From: Zygnema circumcarinatum SAG 698-1b
Lineage: Eukaryota; Plantae; Zygnematophyceae
Direction: 5' to 3'
DNA: 64,000 bases
Assembly (NCBI GenBank): GCA_037447605.1
Contig: CM074818.1
Coordinates: 1,252,617-1,316,616 of the forward strand
Shown here: one piece after another, positions 63,906-64,000 of the stretch
Numbering within the stretch: position 1 is the stretch's first letter
Layout of the letters: each line of letters opens with the position of its first letter
The notes under the pieces: model-generated
Database searches by the model: none
Told to the model about the DNA's origin: nothing
What the model saw: only the letters and a program-made list of their open reading frames with translations
Program-made: the position numbers and the translations under genes

Positions 63906-64000
63906 CGCCCTTTCTACGCTCAAGGTTACTGCGGGTTCGTAGATTGGCATTGATCTCACGATGGGAAGCGGATCAAACATACATAAAAAGGGGCAATAGA

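Overview
Eukaryotic, intron-rich green-plant genomic DNA. The plant-type TML, PU1 and TRS85 genes point to a streptophyte, probably an alga or early land plant (inference). The draft assembly has eight 10-N gaps. Four host genes are clearly recognisable: the 3' half of a pullulanase/limit dextrinase (+, ends 4673), the TPLATE-complex subunit TML (-, 5231-12222), TRAPPC8/TRS85 (-, 44447-58092) and the Pol II CTD phosphatase SSU72 (-, 59001-61648, with a U12-type intron). The interval 13896-38243 looks like a PIF/Harbinger-like DNA transposon (GGGGGGTCAGAC termini, TAA flanks, decayed Myb/SANT gene) inflated to about 24 kb by nested LTR elements. The nest is a solo LTR (TSD ACCAT) > copia A (TSD CGTTG) > copia B (TSD CAAGT) > a 445-bp TRIM (TSD CTTAT) plus copia C > copia D, with an unplaced Ty3/gypsy fragment. 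The most unusual items are the TRIM, whose LTRs each contain a 71-nt tRNA-like Pol III promoter, and a possible degenerate N6-adenine-methyltransferase-like domain upstream of the gypsy protease. Nested insertions also land repeatedly just downstream of the host element's 5' LTR. One or two uncharacterised genes lie at 38.4-43.8 kb. All homology statements are from recognition of motifs by eye; no searches were run.
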